Below, one piece after another: positions 59,895 through 64,000 of a stretch of DNA of 64,000 bases. The position numbers were made by a program, and so were the translations under genes. Each line of letters starts with the position of its first letter. Position 1 is the first letter of the stretch. Under the pieces are notes generated by a model. The model saw nothing but the letters and a program-made list of their open reading frames with translations, was not told where the DNA came from and did not search any database. The stretch lies in NCBI GenBank assembly GCA_963752075.1, contig CAVVWO010000007.1:14840-78839 (forward strand), given 5' to 3'. Origin of the DNA: an uncultured Acidimicrobiia bacterium (GTDB taxonomy: Bacteria > Actinomycetota > Acidimicrobiia > Spongiisociales > JAENVV01).

Positions 59895-61661
59895 CTACAT
59901 GCGTTCGGGCACCGAGATACCCAGCAGGTCGAGCACCTGCCTCAGAAGGCGACCGCTCGTTTCTACGAGAGTGAGCCAGGAGGCGCGTCGAGCGGGGTCC
60001 GGTTCTCGCAGGACGTTGCAGTGTTCCCAGAATCGATTGATGTCGCTGGCCACCTCGTAGGCGAACTCTGCCAGATGGTTCGGCGACCGGGTCGCGTAGG
60101 TGCGTTGAATCGTCTCCGGGAGCCTCAACAGTCGGAGGATGAGGTTGCGTTCGACTTCTCGAGTCGGTGGGACGATGGGGCCGGCCTCAAAACCCAGTTC
60201 GGCGGCCTTGGCCAGGAGAGAACTTGTTCTGACCGCCGGATACAGGAGGTACGGTCCGGTTTTGCCCTCGAACGAGGTGAACCGCGTCAGGTCGAAGGTG
60301 TAGTTGGTCGTGCGCTGATTGGAGAGGTCGCCGTATTTGAGAGCGGCCAAACCGACCCGGGTGGCGATCTCGTCGCGCTCCTCGATCGAGTAGTCGGTGG
60401 CGAGTTCCCGACTGGCGAGTTCGGCCAGGGCTGCTTCCTTCACCATGTCGATGAGATCGGCAAGACGGATCACGCCTCCCTTTCTGGTCTGGAAGGGCCT
60501 CCCATCAGGTCCGTTCATCGTCCCGAACCCGATGTGCTCGGCGTCGACATGCTCGGGAAGGATGCCGCCCTTACGCGAAGCCCGGAAGACTTGCTCGAAG
60601 TGGAGTGCCTGGCGACCGTCGACGACGTACCAGATGGCATCTGCCCCGAGACTGGTGACGCGGAGTTGGATGGTGGCCACGTCCGTCGATGAGTAGAGGT
60701 AGGCGCCGTCTGTCTTCGTGAGGAGAAGCGGCGGGATGTCGGCCTTGTCGGACTCCTGTGCCACATCGACCACGAGGGCTCCCTGGCTCTGGCGAGCAAC
60801 TCCGGACTCGACCAAATGGTCGATCATCGGCTCGATCAGATCTTCGACCGTTGATTCCCCATACCAGAGGTCGAAATCGACACCGAGGTCGTGGAAGTCC
60901 CGCCGCTGGGAGGTCTGGGACACGGTGACGAAGTGCTGCCAGAGCGCCCGGTACCCCGGGCGGCCGCGTTGGAGTTCGAACGTGGCACGGGCGATCCGAT
61001 CGGCGAGATTCGCATCCGACTTTGCCTGTGCCGCCATCGCGGGATAGAGCTCCTGGAGATCGGCGAGTGTCACCGGTGAAGATTCGGGGTAGTCACCCGA
61101 GAATTCAGGATCGAAATAGGGGAGATCGGGCTGCGCCTCCTCGACTGCGATGAGCAGCATGCCCATTTGGGTACCCCAGTCACCGAAATGGATGTCGGTG
61201 GTGACCTGGTCACCGACGAATCGGGCGAGACGCTGGAGACTGTCGCCGATGATCGTCGCACGGAGGTGCCCGACGTGCATGGCTTTGGCTACGTTTGGGC
61301 CTCCGTAGTCGACGATCAGATTGAGGGGCTGTTCTTTGGAAGGAACGCCCAGCCGATGATCGTCGGCCGCCGCCTGAGCCCAACGGGCCACGGCTTCGTC
61401 GGTCAGGGTGATGTTGATGAATCCGGGCCCGGCGACGTCCAGGTCGGCAATGAGCGTGTCCCGGTCCACGACCGCTGTCACTTCCTGGGCCAGCTCCCTG
61501 GGGTTGCGGCCGGCAGGCTTGGCCGCCGGGAGGGCGCCGTTGCACTGGAATTGGGCGAGTTCCGGACGCTGGGAGACCACCACGGCCCCAAAGGAACCGT
61601 CGAGGCCGAGCTGCTCGAAAGCAGCCGCGAAACGTTCAGTGAGAGCCTCGAGGAGGGACAT
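59895..61661 (-). CDS. argS: arginine--tRNA ligase
   Basis: AGPGFIN, PNVAKAMHVGHLR, GDWGTQ.G, C-terminal GI.VPERM. Confidence 0.97.
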   Translation of the reverse strand: MSLLEALTERFAAAFEQLGLDGSFGAVVVSQRPELAQFQCNGALPAAKPAGRNPRELAQEVTAVVDRDTLIADLDVAGPGFINITLTDEAVARWAQAAADDHRLGVPSKEQPLNLIVDYGGPNVAKAMHVGHLRATIIGDSLQRLARFVGDQVTTDIHFGDWGTQMGMLLIAVEEAQPDLPYFDPEFSGDYPESSPVTLADLQELYPAMAAQAKSDANLADRIARATFELQRGRPGYRALWQHFVTVSQTSQRRDFHDLGVDFDLWYGESTVEDLIEPMIDHLVESGVARQSQGALVVDVAQESDKADIPPLLLTKTDGAYLYSSTDVATIQLRVTSLGADAIWYVVDGRQALHFEQVFRASRKGGILPEHVDAEHIGFGTMNGPDGRPFQTRKGGVIRLADLIDMVKEAALAELASRELATDYSIEERDEIATRVGLAALKYGDLSNQRTTNYTFDLTRFTSFEGKTGPYLLYPAVRTSSLLAKAAELGFEAGPIVPPTREVERNLILRLLRLPETIQRTYATRSPNHLAEFAYEVASDINRFWEHCNVLREPDPARRASWLTLVETSGRLLRQVLDLLGISVPERM

Positions 61662-61702
61662 CGGTGTTCAGGCTAGCTGCTGACTCGGACGCCCCTCTCG
61701 CC

Positions 61703-63358
61703 CTACTCCGGTCGCCCGATCCAGATCCCTTCGTCCAGGACGATGGCGATCCGCTCCGTTCCGATCGCCATCGAATAGGACGTGCTGGCCGGGAGGAAAT
61801 CAACGATCCAAGCCTCCAGGTCGTCGGTGAAGATCACGGCGGCCCGATTGGGCAGCAACGCCGAAACGGCAGCCACCTCCTCGGCGGTGACTCGCACGAC
61901 CGGTTGGGCGGCCGAATCGAGGTACTGGACCGAGTCGCTCTCGAGGTCGTATTCCACCAGCGCAGGGTCGATCCCGAAGATGGGCTGCGTCCACAGGGTT
62001 TCCTCACCCCTGACGAGCTCGACGGTTCCTGCGATGAGGTCGTACGCCACCCGGGAATCGCCGTGGGCGATCTCAAAGCGGAAAGCATCTCCGGCGTCGT
62101 TCGCAGGCGGATCGCTGCGGTCGACCACCAAGGCGGCGATACCCGCTGGGCCGGCCTCCACGCCGTCCAAGACCGGCTCGGCCTCGAACGCGTCGGGTGT
62201 GGGCAGCGGAGCCCAGGATCGCAGGTCTCCCGACCGGAGCAGAAGCGCCTCGGAAGCTCCGTACCCGGCCAACACGAACTCCCCGCCATGCTCGGTGAGC
62301 TGCCAGCTCGATGCCAGCGGCATGGGATCCCACCTTCTTCGATCTTCTGTGACGTACAGCTTCGAGCCGGTCCGTCCGGCCAAGAACGACTCGTCACCCA
62401 CGTCGAACAGCTCGGTGGGGTCGAAGCCCTGGATGATCTGCCCCGATGGAACCCGAGCCCACGAGACCAGGTCATCGGTCCACCAGTATCCGAGATCGGT
62501 CGGTTCTGAGATCTCGAGTCGCGGTTCGACTCCCCTTTCCGCCCGGTCGAACGAGTAGACCTCGACGAACAGGGTTCGGTGTACCACGCGTACGGTGGTG
62601 TTCGAGACCTCCACGAAGAAGGAAATCGGGGAATAGGTTTCCTCCAACGACAGCCGGATCGCCCTCGTGAGAGGATCCAATCCGTCGTATCCGGCGTAGA
62701 CGAGCAAACCGCCATCCATCTCACCGAGGATGCGAAGCTGCGTGGCAGTTCGAGAGGTCGGCGGAACGGTGCCGCGGCTCCAGGTCGCCCCGTCATCCGT
62801 CTCCCACAGAGAGAGGTTTCCGGTGGTGCCGTTCACGAACACTCCGGCCACGCCATTCCCCCACGGCTCGAGCTGGAGAGGCAGGCCATCGACCGGATTG
62901 CCGAGATCCACCCATTCCTCGCCGGTCAGGGTGCGCCGGAGATGGGCGACCGGTTCCAGTTCCTCTCCGGCGATGAGCGGTCGAAGACCCTGGTCACGAT
63001 CGAAGACGAGGAAACCATCACCGATCGGTACCACGGCGCTCACCTCCACCCCGAGAGTCTTGTTCCAACCGAATTCGAGGTCGCCTACGAGCGGGTCGAG
63101 GCCGCGGACGGAGGGGGTGATGGAGGCTTCCGCCGGGAAGGTCGGTAACACTTCCGAGTCTCCGTCGGAGTTGCCGGCCGCATTGACGAGGTAGCCGAGT
63201 CCCCCCAACGCCAGCGCCACGATCGCTGCGGCTGACAGGGCGTTCCCCGCCCGGCTCTTCCGGGCCGGAATCGGTGTGACCTTCAGGCTTCGCTCGGGAA
63301 CCTCGATGGTCTTTGCTTTTTCGGTGAGGTGGGCGCGCAGGTCCTGTTCGAAACTCAT
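61703..63358 (-). CDS. membrane-anchored hypothetical protein, candidate anti-sigma/sensor
   Basis: Short N-terminus (FEQDLR..L), one TM, large domain with Asp-box-like T/S.DG.TW repeats; coupled to an ECF sigma. Confidence 0.65.
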   Translation of the reverse strand: MSFEQDLRAHLTEKAKTIEVPERSLKVTPIPARKSRAGNALSAAAIVALALGGLGYLVNAAGNSDGDSEVLPTFPAEASITPSVRGLDPLVGDLEFGWNKTLGVEVSAVVPIGDGFLVFDRDQGLRPLIAGEELEPVAHLRRTLTGEEWVDLGNPVDGLPLQLEPWGNGVAGVFVNGTTGNLSLWETDDGATWSRGTVPPTSRTATQLRILGEMDGGLLVYAGYDGLDPLTRAIRLSLEETYSPISFFVEVSNTTVRVVHRTLFVEVYSFDRAERGVEPRLEISEPTDLGYWWTDDLVSWARVPSGQIIQGFDPTELFDVGDESFLAGRTGSKLYVTEDRRRWDPMPLASSWQLTEHGGEFVLAGYGASEALLLRSGDLRSWAPLPTPDAFEAEPVLDGVEAGPAGIAALVVDRSDPPANDAGDAFRFEIAHGDSRVAYDLIAGTVELVRGEETLWTQPIFGIDPALVEYDLESDSVQYLDSAAQPVVRVTAEEVAAVSALLPNRAAVIFTDDLEAWIVDFLPASTSYSMAIGTERIAIVLDEGIWIGRPE

Positions 63359-63906
63359 GGCGTTGCTCCCATTGCTTCCTGAAGCGCCGCCAACGCTCGA
63401 TGGAGGCGGCTTTTGACCGTTCCCTTGGGAATCCTGAGTGCCTGAGAGATCTCTTCGAGCGACCAGTCGAGGTAATACCGAAGCACGATGACTCGCCGAT
63501 GCTTGTCAGAAAGGGACGCCAGCGCAGCATCGAGCCCCGGTTCAACGCGATGTGGCCTGTCGACGGCAGAATCCACCCAGATCGAGGGCAGTTCCCTGTT
63601 GGACTTGCGCAACCGTGTCCGCGCCCAGTTCATGCCCACTCGGTAGACCCATCCTGTCGGGTTGGCGTAGTTCTGCACGTTGGCCCAATGCTGATAGGCG
63701 CGAGTCATGGCTTCATCTGCTGCCTCGATGCCGAGTTCACGGTTGCCGAGCGAGAGAACCAGGGCCTTGACGATCCGGTCGCGTGTGAGGCGGTAGAACT
63801 CGTCGAACGAGCCCACCGCAATCGGCTGCGACGGCGCTGCCAGGGTTCCCTCTATCGGAGTTACAGACTCTTGGGAGGGGTCGTTGGTTCCACGCTTTTT
63901 GCCCAC
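63355..63906 (-). CDS. ECF sigma-70 factor
   Basis: EA..RAY..W, GWVYRV..N; VIVLRYY...GTVKSRLHRAL. Confidence 0.9.
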   Translation of the reverse strand: MGKKRGTNDPSQESVTPIEGTLAAPSQPIAVGSFDEFYRLTRDRIVKALVLSLGNRELGIEAADEAMTRAYQHWANVQNYANPTGWVYRVGMNWARTRLRKSNRELPSIWVDSAVDRPHRVEPGLDAALASLSDKHRRVIVLRYYLDWSLEEISQALRIPKGTVKSRLHRALAALQEAMGATP

Positions 63907-64000
63907 GGCAGCACGTTACCGGGTCAGGTCGCGAGGTCGGCGAACCGGCTGTGCCGTCGCTTCCCTACAATCGCCGGGTGTCGAAGCAACGCTCTCGCGA

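Overview
GC-rich bacterial chromosomal segment, most consistent with an actinobacterium of the Acidimicrobiia type (inferred from the bS22 small protein, tRNA-Gly(CCC) next to dcd, Cys-containing SLH-like repeats and frequent leaderless starts). Housekeeping genes include rpsF-ssb-rpsR-rplI-dnaB, purC-S-Q-L, purF-M, argS, panB, thrB, dcd, lnt and a glcDEF-like cluster. Metal and stress modules include csoR-copZ-copA, arsR-permease-thioredoxin, TetR and PadR units with visible operators, and two ECF sigma factors. Most notable: (1) an archaeal-type cyclic 2,3-diphosphoglycerate locus (2-phosphoglycerate kinase and cDPG synthetase) enclosing a metallophosphoesterase that is a candidate cDPG hydrolase; (2) a membrane-anchored protein with six tandem cupredoxin domains, five with intact type-1 copper ligands; (3) an Rdx/SelW selenoprotein (CxxU plus SECIS-like hairpin) missed by the ORF track; (4) an ECF sigma coupled to an Ogt with a C-terminal Ada Zn domain, preceded by a 14-bp repeat array; (5) two orphan small-RNA candidates with their own promoters. 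Several single-base frameshifts suggest assembly indel errors. No CRISPR array, integrase or transposase was recognised. All family assignments come from motif recognition, not database searches.
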